Counted from the first letter of the stretch, positions 1-11,014 are shown. The stretch is 64,000 nucleotides of DNA from an uncultured Acidobacteriota bacterium (GCA_963777605.1 CAVZRV010000030.1:64001-128000), one strand, 5' to 3'. Translations and numbers: made by a program. The notes: generated by a model not told the origin, from the sequence alone.

Positions 1-645
1 GAGGGTGAGCAGGGTAGAGACGGCGGCCGCAACGTAAGTGAGGGCGGCGGCGTTGAGCACCTTGTCCACCCCAACTCGCTCGCGTTCCATGATGATTCCG
101 TATTCGACGAGCAGTTTCTTGGCCCGGCTCGAAGCATCGAACTCGACTGGCAGGGTAACGACCTGGAACAAGAGAACAGCCGAAAAGAGCACCGCCCCAA
201 CGAGTACCATGTTGGTGGCACCCAGCATGAGACCAAAGAGCATCACCAGGTACCCCAGTTTAGACCCGATGCTGGCGGTCGGAACGAGCAGAGACCGGAG
301 CCAGAGCGCGGCGTACTTGCGGGCGTGCTGAATGGCATGGCCGCTCTCATGGGCGGCAATCCCAACGGCCGCGATGGAGGTCGAATTGTAGACGCCATCC
401 GAAAGGGCGAGCGTTTTGTTCACCGGATTGTAGTGATCGGACAGGAACCCCTGGGCCTGAACCACCGACACATCGTTGATCCCCGCGCTGCGAAGGATCT
501 CAGCCGCCGCTTCGGCACCCGTAATGCCTCGGGCCGTGCCCACCTTGGAGTATTTCTTGAAATTGACCTTGACCCTCCAGCTGGCCCAAAGGGAGAGGAT
601 CAGGGCCGGAGCCAGAAAGACAAAATAGACCGGGTCGAAAATCAT
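1..645 (-). CDS. YugP-family membrane zinc metallopeptidase (3' end runs off window)
   Basis: Not in the ORF track. Manual translation from ATG at 645 gives MIFDPVYFVFLAPALILSLWA..., an HExxH motif (AAHESGHAIQH) and C-terminal VLNAAALTYVAAA, typical of the family. Confidence 0.85.
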   Translation of the reverse strand, partial: MIFDPVYFVFLAPALILSLWASWRVKVNFKKYSKVGTARGITGAEAAAEILRSAGINDVSVVQAQGFLSDHYNPVNKTLALSDGVYNSTSIAAVGIAAHESGHAIQHARKYAALWLRSLLVPTASIGSKLGYLVMLFGLMLGATNMVLVGAVLFSAVLLFQVVTLPVEFDASSRAKKLLVEYGIIMERERVGVDKVLNAAALTYVAAAVSTLLTL

Positions 646-835
646 CTTAGGTCACCTTTATGGCCAAAGCCGGCCGGAAGGTCATCCCGCCGGCAAGTTC
701 GATCTTTGTGTGTCTCATCATCCATAGATGCTTTAAGAAGAAGCACGATTCCAAATTTCGTATCCTGTTGTATGTAAGATGAGATTACGTTCGAGGCAAG
801 GGAAAGACAACAGTTGACGAAAAGGAGTACCTGCC

Positions 836-2512
836 ATTCATCACATCGACGGTAACCTCCTCGGAATCAAACCGGCACAGCTGAAAGCGCTCGAGCGGAC
901 CTTCCGGCGCAAAATTCCGCCGAGCCAGGTCATTTCAGTCGAACTCGCCCACCACCTGGCGGGGATTTCGCGGGAATTGGGACGTCAGGTCGGTGTTCTG
1001 GCGCGGCGAGATGGGGCGATTCAGACCGTCATCGTCGGTGATGCCACCAGCCTCGAGATCCCGGAGATCGGTCGATTGCGGGGACGGCTCGGGCGGCTGC
1101 GGGGACTCCGGCTGCTGCACACTCATCTTCGTGGAGAGTCGCTGAGTGATGACGACCTCAATGACCTCGCGCTGTTGCGGCTGGATTTGGTCGCCATGAT
1201 CGAAGTGACCGATGATGGCCTGGCCGCGAAGATCGAGCTTGCACATGTGCTCCCCTACGTCCAGGAAACCGGAGGAGCGGCCGACGAGGCTTTTCGTCGC
1301 ATTGTGGCGCCCGACGCCGGGCGACTCGATTTGGACTTCCTTCCCACCGTCAAAGCCCTCGAAGCCGAATTCGCCAAGCTTTCGGCAGCCAGGACCTCCG
1401 AAACCGGAAACGAGCGAGTCCTGGTGATCGGGGTGACCCCCGACGACGAACACTTCGAGGAAACCTTGGAGCTGGTGCGCTCCGCAGGAGTTCAGATCGC
1501 CGGTTGGGTTCGTCAGAAACGCCAGCGGATTCACCCCCGGACGGTGGTGGGCCCGGGGAAATTGAGCGAAATTGTCCTCGACGGCATGCGCAAGCAGGCC
1601 GACGTGGCCGTTTTCGATGTCGATCTGAAGCCGGCGCAAAGCCGGGCGTTCGAGGACGAAACCGGGTTGAAGGCCGTTGATCGTACCCAGTTGATCCTGG
1701 ACATCTTTGCCCAGCGCGCCAAGAGCCGGGACGGCAAACTCCAGGTCGAGCTGGCCCAGTTGAAATACTCACTTCCGCGTCTTACCGAGAAAGATGCCGG
1801 GCTCTCGAGACTCTCCGGCGGGATTGGGGGCAGGGGGCCGGGTGAAACGGTGCTGGAAATCGGTCGCCGCCGTATCAACGACAGGATTCGTTACCTGGAA
1901 AAGGAAATTGGTCGGCTTGCCCGGCAACGGGACCTTCGTCGGCAGCGCCGGCGGCGAAACAAGCTCCCGGTAATTTCGATCATCGGTTATACCAATGCCG
2001 GAAAGACGACTCTTCTGAACGCCCTGACCAAGAGTTCGGTGGAGGTGGAGGACAAGATGTTCGTCACGCTCGATCCGACAACTCGACGGCTTCGTTTTCC
2101 CCGGGAGGGTGAGGTGGTCCTGTCCGACACGGTGGGTTTTCTCCGCGACCTGCCGGAAGAGTTGCTGGCAGCATTCAGCGCCACACTGGAGGAACTCGAG
2201 AGTGCCGATCTGCTTCTCCACGTGCTGGATGCTTCCGACCCGCACATCGATCTCAAGGCGAAGGCGGTCGAACGGATTACTGCCCAGCTCGAACTGCACC
2301 ACTTCCCTCGGCTTGTGGTGCTCAACAAAACCGACCTGTTGAGCAGAGATGAAGTCCGGGCGCTGGCGCGACGGTACGACGCCGTTACCGTGAGTGCCGT
2401 CACCAGGGAAGGCCTCGCCGAACTGATTTTGAAGGCCGAGGAGATCCTTTCGATTTCCCTCTCCGGGGGATTTCGGCAAGGAGTGAGAGCGGTGTCTGAA
2501 CAGGGTGGCTAG
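836..2512 (+). CDS. hflX: GTPase HflX (long form with N-terminal extension); probable ATT start
   Basis: Motifs GYTNAGKTT, DTVGF, NKTD, LILDIFAQRA and GGRGPGET. The frame stays open upstream of the ORF-track start (977) to ATT at 836, with SD AGGAG at 823-827. Confidence 0.93.
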   Translation: MHHIDGNLLGIKPAQLKALERTFRRKIPPSQVISVELAHHLAGISRELGRQVGVLARRDGAIQTVIVGDATSLEIPEIGRLRGRLGRLRGLRLLHTHLRGESLSDDDLNDLALLRLDLVAMIEVTDDGLAAKIELAHVLPYVQETGGAADEAFRRIVAPDAGRLDLDFLPTVKALEAEFAKLSAARTSETGNERVLVIGVTPDDEHFEETLELVRSAGVQIAGWVRQKRQRIHPRTVVGPGKLSEIVLDGMRKQADVAVFDVDLKPAQSRAFEDETGLKAVDRTQLILDIFAQRAKSRDGKLQVELAQLKYSLPRLTEKDAGLSRLSGGIGGRGPGETVLEIGRRRINDRIRYLEKEIGRLARQRDLRRQRRRRNKLPVISIIGYTNAGKTTLLNALTKSSVEVEDKMFVTLDPTTRRLRFPREGEVVLSDTVGFLRDLPEELLAAFSATLEELESADLLLHVLDASDPHIDLKAKAVERITAQLELHHFPRLVVLNKTDLLSRDEVRALARRYDAVTVSAVTREGLAELILKAEEILSISLSGGFRQGVRAVSEQGG

Positions 2513-2613
2513 CGTCTGAGGTGGATTTTCCGCAGGTCTGATAGAATTTCACTTTTCTGGTAGCCACTTGGCAGCGAAACGATCCGGCCAGGACGTTTTT
2601 GCTCGGAGAGACG

Positions 2614-4005
2614 ATGAACGTCAACAAGCTGCGGGAACTGATCAAGGGCATCGTGGTGACCGACGAGGATGCCCTGCAGGATGTCAGTGGGGATTTCGGC
2701 CGCCTCGTCTATTCCAGCCCCCAGGCGGTCGTAGCCCCCGCCTCATCCGAGGATGTTCGACGAGTCGTGGAGTTGGCTAACCAGGAAGACTGGACGGTGG
2801 CGACAAGAGGTGCGGGACACTCCCAGAGCGGCCAGTCACTGAGCCGTGAGGGTGTCCTGCTTGACATGATGGCGCTGAACCGGATCGGGCAGGTCGAGGA
2901 GGACGCGGTCTGGGTCGATGCCGGCGTGCTCTGGGAAGACCTCGTTGACCGCCTGATGGGAAAAGGATTTCTTCCCCCCGTTCTGACCAACGACCTCAGC
3001 GTGACCGTTGGGGGCACCCTTTCGATGGGGGGAATCGGAGTCGCCTCTCATCGGTTCGGAATCCAGGCCGACAACGTGGATGCTCTCGAAGTGGTGACCG
3101 GAACCGGGGACCTGGTGACCTGCTCGCCCACGGAGAATCAGGAGCTATTTGACGCAATCCGTTGCGGGCTCGGTCAGTTCGGAGTGATTACCCGCGCCCG
3201 GCTGCGCCTGCGGAATTTCTCTCCCAACGTGCGGACCTTCTTCCTGCTCTACGACAGCCTGGAAGCCCTCATGGGGGATTATCTGCGGGTCCTCCGTGAT
3301 CAGCGTTTCGACTTCATCGAAGGCTGGTGTTCACCCTGCCTGCAGGGGCACCGGAACCTGGGCGGGACCCGTGTTCCCTTCGCCGAGTGGTTTTATCCGG
3401 TCCAGGTCACGGCAGAGTATGCCGACGCGGCCCCGTCCGATTCTCTGCTCGGCGACCTCAATCACTTCCGCAAGGTCCACTGCGAAGACTCTTCGCTGCG
3501 TACTTTTATCCGGCGGATGGAGCCTCTTTTCCAGGAGTGGAGGGAAAGCGGCGCCTGGAGGCAGCCTCACCCATGGATGGAAGTGATGCTCCCCTGGGAT
3601 CGTGCTGCGGATTACATTGACGGGGTACTCAAGAGTCTGCCGCCTCCATTAATGTCGGGCGGAGGGCGCATTGTCACTTGGCCCTGCCGGTGCGACGTTT
3701 CACAGGCGCCGATGTTCGTGCACCCGGCAGGTGAGTTCTTTCTTGGACTCGGAATTCTTCCCTCACTGCCCCGGCAGACCCTGAAGATGGGACTGTCACT
3801 TCTGAACAAGGCCAGTGACCTGGCGCTTCAACTGGGGGGGAAGCGCTACTTGTCGGGCTGGGTCGAGTTCGATCACGCGAGATGGATGGCCCATTTCGGC
3901 GATCGCTGGTCCCGCGTGCTGGAATGGAAGAATTTCTTCGACCCGAACGGGGTTTTGAACCCGGGATTCATTCACTTCACGCGTGATAACGGGGGCTCCG
4001 TTTGA
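2614..4005 (+). CDS. FAD-binding oxidoreductase, VAO/cytokinin dehydrogenase-like
   Basis: RGAGHSQSGQS FAD-attachment motif, TVGGTLS, GLGQFGVITRA, PHPW and C-terminal FDPNGVLNPG. GGAG lies upstream of ATG 2614. Confidence 0.85.
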   Translation: MNVNKLRELIKGIVVTDEDALQDVSGDFGRLVYSSPQAVVAPASSEDVRRVVELANQEDWTVATRGAGHSQSGQSLSREGVLLDMMALNRIGQVEEDAVWVDAGVLWEDLVDRLMGKGFLPPVLTNDLSVTVGGTLSMGGIGVASHRFGIQADNVDALEVVTGTGDLVTCSPTENQELFDAIRCGLGQFGVITRARLRLRNFSPNVRTFFLLYDSLEALMGDYLRVLRDQRFDFIEGWCSPCLQGHRNLGGTRVPFAEWFYPVQVTAEYADAAPSDSLLGDLNHFRKVHCEDSSLRTFIRRMEPLFQEWRESGAWRQPHPWMEVMLPWDRAADYIDGVLKSLPPPLMSGGGRIVTWPCRCDVSQAPMFVHPAGEFFLGLGILPSLPRQTLKMGLSLLNKASDLALQLGGKRYLSGWVEFDHARWMAHFGDRWSRVLEWKNFFDPNGVLNPGFIHFTRDNGGSV

Positions 4006-4135
4006 CCGGTTCAGGTCCTCGGGCCGGGAACGGGCGAGCGGTTGCCACCTGTGGGACTTCACTTCCGGCGAAACCAACGCTAACCAGGAAATTGTGACGG
4101 CCATGAATTGTTCTTTCTCTTCAGTTTTTTCTTCG

Positions 4136-5809
4136 ATGCGATTCCTGCCTCGGGCATCCCGACCTGGAAGACAGTTGATTACACTCGCTGCCCTGCTCGG
4201 AGGCTTTTTCTTCCTCCTGGTTGCGGCGGGGTGCGGAGCCGGGACTGTCGGTGTCGATAGTGCCGGCATTCGAAAAGACCTCGCGGCACTCTCCTCCGAC
4301 GAGATGGAGGGCAGGGCGCCCGGGACTCAGGGAGGTAACCGGGCTGCGGATTACGTCGCGAAGCGGTTTCAGGAAGTCGGGTTGTCGCCGGGATTTGGTG
4401 AGAGTTTCCGGCAGCCTGTGCCCATGGTCGGACTCGAGTTGCAAGGCGAGCCGGCCCTCGAATGGTCGGTGGGAGCGACCAAGACGGTGCTGGAGATGCC
4501 CCGTGACATGGTGGTGTGGCCGGGCGTGGCGGAGAACCGGATCAGCGTCGACGAGGCGCCCATGGTCTTTGTGGGTTACGGGATCACCGCTCCCGAATTG
4601 GGCTGGTCCGATTACGAAGGGATCGACGTTCACGGCAAGGTGGTGGTTTCCCTGGTCAACGACCCACCTTCGGACGACCCGGAATTCTTCGGAGGGCGCG
4701 CCCTGACCTATTATGGTCGCTGGACTTACAAGATCGAAGAGGCGACCCGGCAGGGGGCGGCCGGCATTATCCTGATTCACGAGACCGAAATGGCCGGCTA
4801 TCCGTGGAATGTCGTGGAGGGGTCGTGGTCGGGCGAGCAGTTCAGTCTTCCCCGGACGGAACTCAAAAGCACCGTGGTGGAATCCTGGATCTCACAGGAT
4901 GCCGCGGGCCGGCTTCTGGAAGCGTCCGGAATGAGTCTCGAGGCCGCCCTGAAAAAGGCTGCCGGACCCGGGTTTCGGGCGGTCCCGCTGAAGACTACCT
5001 TCTCCTGCAGCTTCGATGCGAAATCCCGCAGGATCGAGTCGGACAACATCGGTGGTTACCTCGAGGGGACTGACCCCGAGCATCGCGACGAACTGATAGT
5101 GCTGACCAGCCACTACGATCACCTCGGCGTCGGTCCCGCCGTTGATGGAGATACGATTTACAACGGTGCCCTGGACAACGCTTCGGGAACCGCTCTCCTG
5201 ATCGAACTGGGCCGCGTGCTTGCTGCCGAGCGTTCGAAGCTGGGGCGCTCGGTTCTGCTCCTGGCCGTCACCGGAGAGGAGCAGGGACTGCTCGGCTCCG
5301 AGTATTTCGTCGCTCACCAGGCGGACGCACCGGGCCACGTCGTTGCCGATGTCAATTTCGATGCGGTCAACGTCTGGGATGACACCAGCGACATGGTCGC
5401 CATGGGCGCGGACCAGTCCTCAATCGGCAACGTCGTGGACGAGGTGTTCCGGAATCTTGATATCCAGTTGACGGACGATCCGGCGCCCGAACAGGGTCAC
5501 TTCTTCCGTTCCGACCACTTCAGCTTCGTCAAGGCGGGAATCCCAGCGGTTTATTTCGACTACGGGAACCACTTCCGAAACCAGCCTGTGGACTGGGGAG
5601 AGAAGATGAAGGACTCGTACCTGAAACACAACTATCATCAGCCCAGCGATGAGTACGACCCGTCGTGGTCACTCAAAGGCGCGGTCCAGATGGGGAAAGT
5701 CGTGGAAGAGACTGTGCTCCGGCTGGCAACGCCCGGGTTCGCGATCCTCTGGAACCCGGACTCGCCGTTCGCTCCCTCCGGGACGTCCGGCCTGTCTGGA
5801 AGTCGTTGA
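4136..5809 (+). CDS. M28 family metallopeptidase with PA domain, predicted lipoprotein
   Basis: HYDHLG, NGALDNASG, GEEQG, RSDH and YHQPSD motifs; lipobox-like VAAGC. Start uncertain (4103 or 4136). Confidence 0.88.
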   Translation: MRFLPRASRPGRQLITLAALLGGFFFLLVAAGCGAGTVGVDSAGIRKDLAALSSDEMEGRAPGTQGGNRAADYVAKRFQEVGLSPGFGESFRQPVPMVGLELQGEPALEWSVGATKTVLEMPRDMVVWPGVAENRISVDEAPMVFVGYGITAPELGWSDYEGIDVHGKVVVSLVNDPPSDDPEFFGGRALTYYGRWTYKIEEATRQGAAGIILIHETEMAGYPWNVVEGSWSGEQFSLPRTELKSTVVESWISQDAAGRLLEASGMSLEAALKKAAGPGFRAVPLKTTFSCSFDAKSRRIESDNIGGYLEGTDPEHRDELIVLTSHYDHLGVGPAVDGDTIYNGALDNASGTALLIELGRVLAAERSKLGRSVLLLAVTGEEQGLLGSEYFVAHQADAPGHVVADVNFDAVNVWDDTSDMVAMGADQSSIGNVVDEVFRNLDIQLTDDPAPEQGHFFRSDHFSFVKAGIPAVYFDYGNHFRNQPVDWGEKMKDSYLKHNYHQPSDEYDPSWSLKGAVQMGKVVEETVLRLATPGFAILWNPDSPFAPSGTSGLSGSR

Positions 5810-5839
5810 GGGCTTGATCAGGTACCCGATTGAACCCAG

Positions 5840-7720
5840 ATGCTGTTTCGACTTGAAGACCTCGCCAAAGAGTTCAGTGGAGAATGGCTGTTCCGGGAGA
5901 TCACCGGCCAGTGTAACGAGGGTGACCGGATTGGCCTGATCGGCCGGAACGGCGTTGGGAAGACGACTCTTTTCGAACTCATCGAGGAGAAACTGACGCC
6001 GGATGGCGGCCGTGCCGTCCGGGCTCGCTCGCTCGAGATTTCCCGGGTGGAACAGATCCCCAGGTACCAGGACGGTTCCTCGCTAATCCAGGAAACCCTG
6101 ACCGTGTTTGAACCTCTGCGCCGGATGGAGGAACGGCTGCGCCATCTGGAAGGGCAAATGGCGGAGGCAGGGCTGGATGAGAACCTCGCCCAGGAGTATG
6201 GGGAACTGCACACGGTTTTCGAGTTGAAGGGAGGGTACGGCTACCGTGCCCGGGCGGAGAGGGTGCTTTTCGGACTCGGCTTTGGGGCGGACGACCTGAA
6301 ATTGCCCTGCGAACATCTGAGCGGGGGTCAGCGGAGCCGAATGGCTCTTGCGCGGGCCTTACTGAGACCGGCCAATCTGCTCCTTCTCGACGAGCCGACG
6401 AACCACGTCGACCTGCAGGGGATCCTCTGGCTGGAGCAGTACCTTTCCGACCTGAAGGGCGCGTTGATCGTGGTCAGCCATGACCGGCACTTCCTGGACC
6501 GGGTCACCAACCGGACCTGGGAGGTGGAAGGACGGACCCTCCACGATTACCCGGCACCATACACGCGTTCCCGCCGCTTGCGGGAGGAGCGCCGCCGGAT
6601 CGAGGAGGAGGCCTTCGAAAAACAGCAGGAATGGAAGCGGCGCACGGAGGACTATATCCGCCGTAACATCGTCGGGCAGAAGACGCGCCAGGCCCAGTCG
6701 CGCCGGAAGCAGCTGGAAAAGGCGGACTGGATCGAATCGCCAACCTTGGGCGAGAGCTCAATTCACATCAGGATCCCCGAAGCCCGCAGAAGCGGCAGCC
6801 TGGTAGTCGAGATCGAAGGAGGTCGTGTCGGATACGGCAGCGAGGCCTTGCTCGAGGACGTTTCGATGATCGTCCACCGTGGCCAGCGGATCGGCATCCT
6901 GGGCGGAAACGGAACGGGCAAGTCCACTCTCCTGAAGTCTCTCCTTGGCGAAGTTCCCCTGATCGAGGGAGACGTGCGTTGGGGACACTACTACATCCCC
7001 GGATATTTTGCTCAGGAGGGGAAATTCGAGCCGGATCATCGCACCGCGCACGACGTCCTGGCCGGACTGAACCCGGCTTGGACTGACGAGGAATTGCGCA
7101 GTTTCGCCGCGCTTTTCGGCTTCAGGGGAGAGGACGTCCACCGGGAGGTCCAATTGCTCAGCGGGGGAGAGCGGAGCCGACTGAGCCTGGCTCGGCTGTT
7201 CTCCTTTCCCTGCAACGCCCTCTTCCTGGACGAGCCGACCAACCATCTCGACATCGACAGCCGTGAGGCCCTGGAGGGAGCGCTGGCCGAGTTCGGCGGA
7301 GCCCTGGTCGTGGTCTCACATGACATCGCGTTTCTCCAGAACAGCGTCGAAGAGTTCCTGCTCATTCGCGATGGAAGGCTCGAAAGCTTAAGCCGGTTGG
7401 ACGATCTCGAGGATCTCCTCCTGGAAAAGGCGGCACCGACCCGACCGCTGGCCGGGGAGAAGCGGCCGGGAGAACGGGCACCGCGCGAAGGGTTGTCGAA
7501 GAACGAACGAATGCGTCTCGAAAAGCGCATGGCGGAGATCGAAGAGCTCATCGCGGCTCTTGAAAAGGCTCGGGCCCAGGTGGAAGAGGATCTTCAATCG
7601 GGCTCGGCAGATCACGTCTACCTGCAGCAGTTGTCGGCCCGGTACCAGGAACTCGAGGAGGATCTGGCGGGACTCTACGGGAGTTGGGAGGAGCTCGCTG
7701 ACCAGCTTGAGTCCGACTGA
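5840..7720 (+). CDS. ABC-F family ribosome-associated ATPase (Uup/YdiF-like)
   Basis: Two NBDs (GRNGVGKTT, GGNGTGKST, LSGG, DEPTNH twice), helical linker, C-terminal coiled coil, no TM segments. Confidence 0.92.
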   Translation: MLFRLEDLAKEFSGEWLFREITGQCNEGDRIGLIGRNGVGKTTLFELIEEKLTPDGGRAVRARSLEISRVEQIPRYQDGSSLIQETLTVFEPLRRMEERLRHLEGQMAEAGLDENLAQEYGELHTVFELKGGYGYRARAERVLFGLGFGADDLKLPCEHLSGGQRSRMALARALLRPANLLLLDEPTNHVDLQGILWLEQYLSDLKGALIVVSHDRHFLDRVTNRTWEVEGRTLHDYPAPYTRSRRLREERRRIEEEAFEKQQEWKRRTEDYIRRNIVGQKTRQAQSRRKQLEKADWIESPTLGESSIHIRIPEARRSGSLVVEIEGGRVGYGSEALLEDVSMIVHRGQRIGILGGNGTGKSTLLKSLLGEVPLIEGDVRWGHYYIPGYFAQEGKFEPDHRTAHDVLAGLNPAWTDEELRSFAALFGFRGEDVHREVQLLSGGERSRLSLARLFSFPCNALFLDEPTNHLDIDSREALEGALAEFGGALVVVSHDIAFLQNSVEEFLLIRDGRLESLSRLDDLEDLLLEKAAPTRPLAGEKRPGERAPREGLSKNERMRLEKRMAEIEELIAALEKARAQVEEDLQSGSADHVYLQQLSARYQELEEDLAGLYGSWEELADQLESD

Positions 7721-7756
7721 AATCCTGTTCGAGGGCCTGTGCTAACATGAGGCGCA

Positions 7757-8698
7757 ATGGTCGAGAAGGTTATCCTGGCGAGCCCCCGCGGATTCTGTGC
7801 AGGTGTGGTGCGCGCCATCGACATAGTCCAGATTGCACTCGAACTTTATGACGATGAGGCTCTCTATGTGCGCAAGGAGATTGTCCACAATCCCCACGTC
7901 GTGGAAGACTTGCGCAGTCGCGGAGTCATATTCATCGATGAACTGACCGACGTTCCCGATGGGCAACGGGTCATCTTCAGCGCTCACGGCGTTTCTCCCG
8001 CCGTTTGGGAGGAAGCGCAAAAGAAGTGCCTGCGAGTGATCGATGCAACCTGCCCATTGGTGACCAAGGTTCACATGGAGGCCCGGCGCTTTGCCTCCAA
8101 GGGCTACACGATCATCCTGATCGGCCATCCCGGACATGAAGAAGTAGAAGGAACCATGGGTGAGGCCGCCTTGCAGATGCGCCTGGTCAGCAACCTGGAC
8201 GAAGTTGAAGCACTCGAGTTCGAGCCGGGTGCGAAGTTGGCTTACCTTACCCAGACGACCTTGAGCCTCAACGACACCCGCAAAATCGTTGGCGCGCTCC
8301 GCAGGCGATTTCCGTCCATCGAAGGGCCGCCCTCGGCCGATATCTGCTATGCCACGCAAAACCGGCAGGAGGCCGTCCGCGAGATGGCCGGAGTCTCAGG
8401 TTTGATCCTCGTGGTCGGCGCAACTAACAGCAGTAACTCAAACCGGCTGGTGGAAGAGGGCATGAAGCACGGCTGCCGGTCCCACCTGATCAACGACGTC
8501 GGCTCGATTCAGCCGGAGTGGCTGGATGGGGTTCGGGTAGTGGGAATCACCTCGGGTGCTTCCGCCCCGGAATCCCTCGTGGAAGCCGTAGTCGAGTATT
8601 TCAGGGTCCGCGGCGCAACCGTCGAGAACCTGGTCACCCGCCACGAATCGGTGGAATTCGCCCTCCCCATCGAGCTCCGGGCCTCCGCAAATCGGTGA
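7757..8698 (+). CDS. ispH: 4-hydroxy-3-methylbut-2-enyl diphosphate reductase
   Basis: PRGFCAGV, IVHN, SAHG, DATCPLV, ICYATQNRQ and SSNSNRL motifs. Confidence 0.97.
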   Translation: MVEKVILASPRGFCAGVVRAIDIVQIALELYDDEALYVRKEIVHNPHVVEDLRSRGVIFIDELTDVPDGQRVIFSAHGVSPAVWEEAQKKCLRVIDATCPLVTKVHMEARRFASKGYTIILIGHPGHEEVEGTMGEAALQMRLVSNLDEVEALEFEPGAKLAYLTQTTLSLNDTRKIVGALRRRFPSIEGPPSADICYATQNRQEAVREMAGVSGLILVVGATNSSNSNRLVEEGMKHGCRSHLINDVGSIQPEWLDGVRVVGITSGASAPESLVEAVVEYFRVRGATVENLVTRHESVEFALPIELRASANR

Positions 8699-8790
8699 CA
8701 CGCCCGCATTGCTCCGGTAACTCCTTGTCAACGTGAACTTTTTTCTGAGGTCTGGTACTCATATTCGGAGCGGCACCGGGCGAGGTCGAA

Positions 8791-10542
8791 TTGACGCTCG
8801 ATGGCCCGGCGAATAGAATCCGCCGGGTGGAAATTCAATCGGCGTTCGCCTGTTACCCGATAGAGACTCTACGGGACCTCGTTTTCAAGGTCGTCGATCG
8901 CTACGGCGCCAAGCCTGCCCTGGCGGCCAAGCGATCGGGTGCCTACGAATCTATCTCCTTCCTGGAACTCCGGAGCCAGGTCGAGTGTGTCGCCGAATTC
9001 CTGCTCAGCATCGACCTTCAGAAAGGGGATCGAGTCGCGATCATTTCAGAGAACCGCCCGGAGTGGGCGATTGCCTACCTGGCGGCGGTGGCATCGGGCC
9101 TCACCGTGGTTCCCGTGGACAAGGAGCTGAAGGAGCCGGAGATCCGCCACATCCTGAATTTCTCCCAGACTCGAGTGGTTTTTGCGGCTGGTGACTATCT
9201 TCGCATCGTCGCCGACGAAGGCAGCCATCTTCCAATGCTCTCGACCGTGGTCGGCCTTGACGGAGATGGCTCGGGGGCGAATTTTGGTTTTGATGAACTT
9301 GTCGCCGAAGGCCGCGCGCGGCTGGCTGAGGGGGAACACCGCTTTGCCGACGTCGAGGTCGCCCCGGAAGACACGGCGGTCCTGATCTTCACGTCCGGGA
9401 CAACGGGGGCGGCTAAAGGGGTCATCCTGAGTCATGCCGCGGTGACGTCAAATATCGTGGGTACCTCGTACCATGTTGCCATCGATCGAGAGGACGTCCT
9501 CCTGTCGGTCCTGCCCCTGCATCACACGTACGAATCAACGGCCGGATTCCTCACCGCGCTCTACCAGGGGGCATGGATCTGCTACGCAGAGAGCCTTCGC
9601 CGGGTCGCCGACAACATTCGGGAATCAAAGGCTACCGTGATGCTGGGGGTGCCTGCGCTGTTCGAGGCCATGTACCGGCGCATTGCGGCCGGGATCGAAG
9701 AGAAGGGGCCAGGCAAGTTCAAACTGGCCAAAGGTATCGCCGGGATCAGCGAAAAGGTGTTCGGTGTCAACCTGAGGCGAAAGCTCTTCTCGGAACTCCA
9801 CGAGCGCTTCGGAGGCCGGTTGCGCCTGTTGATCTCCGGTGGTGCCGCGATTAATCCCGAGGTAAGCCGGGGCTTTCGCGAATTGGGGATCGACTTCATT
9901 CAGGGTTATGGGATGACCGAGTACGGGCCGATCATCAGTGTGAATCGAGTGGGCCGATTCAAAGACGGATCGGCAGGACTGCCCCTGCCACACACCGAGG
10001 TTCGTATCGTCAACGAGGAGATTGTCGTCCGGGGACCCTGTCTTTTCGAAGGCTATTTTCGAAACGATGCCGCGACTCGGGAAACCCTGCGGGACGGGTG
10101 GCTCTACACGGGAGACCTGGGGTACCTGGACCGGGATGGGTTTCTCTTCGTGAGCGGACGGCGCAAGTCGGTAATTGTGACGCCGAACGGGAAGAACGTC
10201 TACCCTGAAGAGATCGAGTCCAGCCTGAACGAATCGGGCTTCATTCAGGAATCGCTGGTGTGGGGTGGCCCGGACGAGAACCCCTCCCTGACGGAAGTGC
10301 AGGCGATCATCGTTCCTGACTTCGAGGCATTCGACGACAAGTACGGGAGTGACGGCTGGGACGACGAAAAGATTTTCAACGTGCTCTCGGAAGAGGTGCG
10401 CCACTGCAATCGGAAACTGGCCGGCTTCAAGCGCATCAAGAAATTTGTTGTGCGCAACGAAGTGTTCGAAAAGACCACGACCCGAAAGATTAAAAGATAT
10501 CTATACACGGCCAAGTCAAAACCCCTCGAGAAGAACCGCTGA
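8791..10542 (+). CDS. Long-chain fatty acid--CoA ligase (FadD15-like AMP-binding enzyme)
   Basis: [24 protein letters not shown] and [10 protein letters not shown] motifs. Start uncertain. Confidence 0.9.
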   Translation: MTLDGPANRIRRVEIQSAFACYPIETLRDLVFKVVDRYGAKPALAAKRSGAYESISFLELRSQVECVAEFLLSIDLQKGDRVAIISENRPEWAIAYLAAVASGLTVVPVDKELKEPEIRHILNFSQTRVVFAAGDYLRIVADEGSHLPMLSTVVGLDGDGSGANFGFDELVAEGRARLAEGEHRFADVEVAPEDTAVLIFTSGTTGAAKGVILSHAAVTSNIVGTSYHVAIDREDVLLSVLPLHHTYESTAGFLTALYQGAWICYAESLRRVADNIRESKATVMLGVPALFEAMYRRIAAGIEEKGPGKFKLAKGIAGISEKVFGVNLRRKLFSELHERFGGRLRLLISGGAAINPEVSRGFRELGIDFIQGYGMTEYGPIISVNRVGRFKDGSAGLPLPHTEVRIVNEEIVVRGPCLFEGYFRNDAATRETLRDGWLYTGDLGYLDRDGFLFVSGRRKSVIVTPNGKNVYPEEIESSLNESGFIQESLVWGGPDENPSLTEVQAIIVPDFEAFDDKYGSDGWDDEKIFNVLSEEVRHCNRKLAGFKRIKKFVVRNEVFEKTTTRKIKRYLYTAKSKPLEKNR

Positions 10543-10600
10543 GGGGCCGGAGGGAGAGCGGGCGAGGAACTGCCGTTGTCCCGGAATAGAGGAGTCATCC

Positions 10601-10960
10601 ATGAGTGATTCGAGTCCAGAACTGGAAACTTTTCCGAATCAGTACCCGGGACGCGAGTACGAAGTGAACGTTACCTGTCCGGAGTTCACCGCGGTTTGTC
10701 CGAGAACCGGGCAGCCCGATTTTGCGACGATCCGCATCAGCTACGTCCCGGACGAGCGGATCATCGAACTGAAATCGCTGAAGCTCTACATGCACTCCTT
10801 CCGCAACCAGGGAATTTTCCACGAGCATGTGACGAACAGGATCCTGGATGACATCGTGGCGGCTTGCCGGCCCCTGCGATGCGAGGTCGAGGGCGATTTC
10901 AACATGCGAGGCGGGATCAAGACCGTGGTTCGCGCCCGCTATCAGAAGAGCGAAAAGTGA
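10601..10960 (+). CDS. queF: NADPH-dependent preQ0 reductase (type I QueF)
   Basis: [25 protein letters not shown] and RGGI motifs; SD GAGGAG before ATG 10601. Confidence 0.96.
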   Translation: MSDSSPELETFPNQYPGREYEVNVTCPEFTAVCPRTGQPDFATIRISYVPDERIIELKSLKLYMHSFRNQGIFHEHVTNRILDDIVAACRPLRCEVEGDFNMRGGIKTVVRARYQKSEK

Positions 10961-11014
10961 AGTTTCGGCGAATGGTCAGAAGCGGGATGGTCAATCGAAA
11001 CAGAGGTGCCCGGT

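Noticed and set aside
38-777. Plus-strand ORFs 38-331 and 325-777
   Set aside because: Antisense to the YugP-family peptidase found by manual translation.
10543-10600. preQ1 riboswitch upstream of queF
   Set aside because: The gap is short and GC-rich, with no preQ1 stem-loop or A-rich tail.
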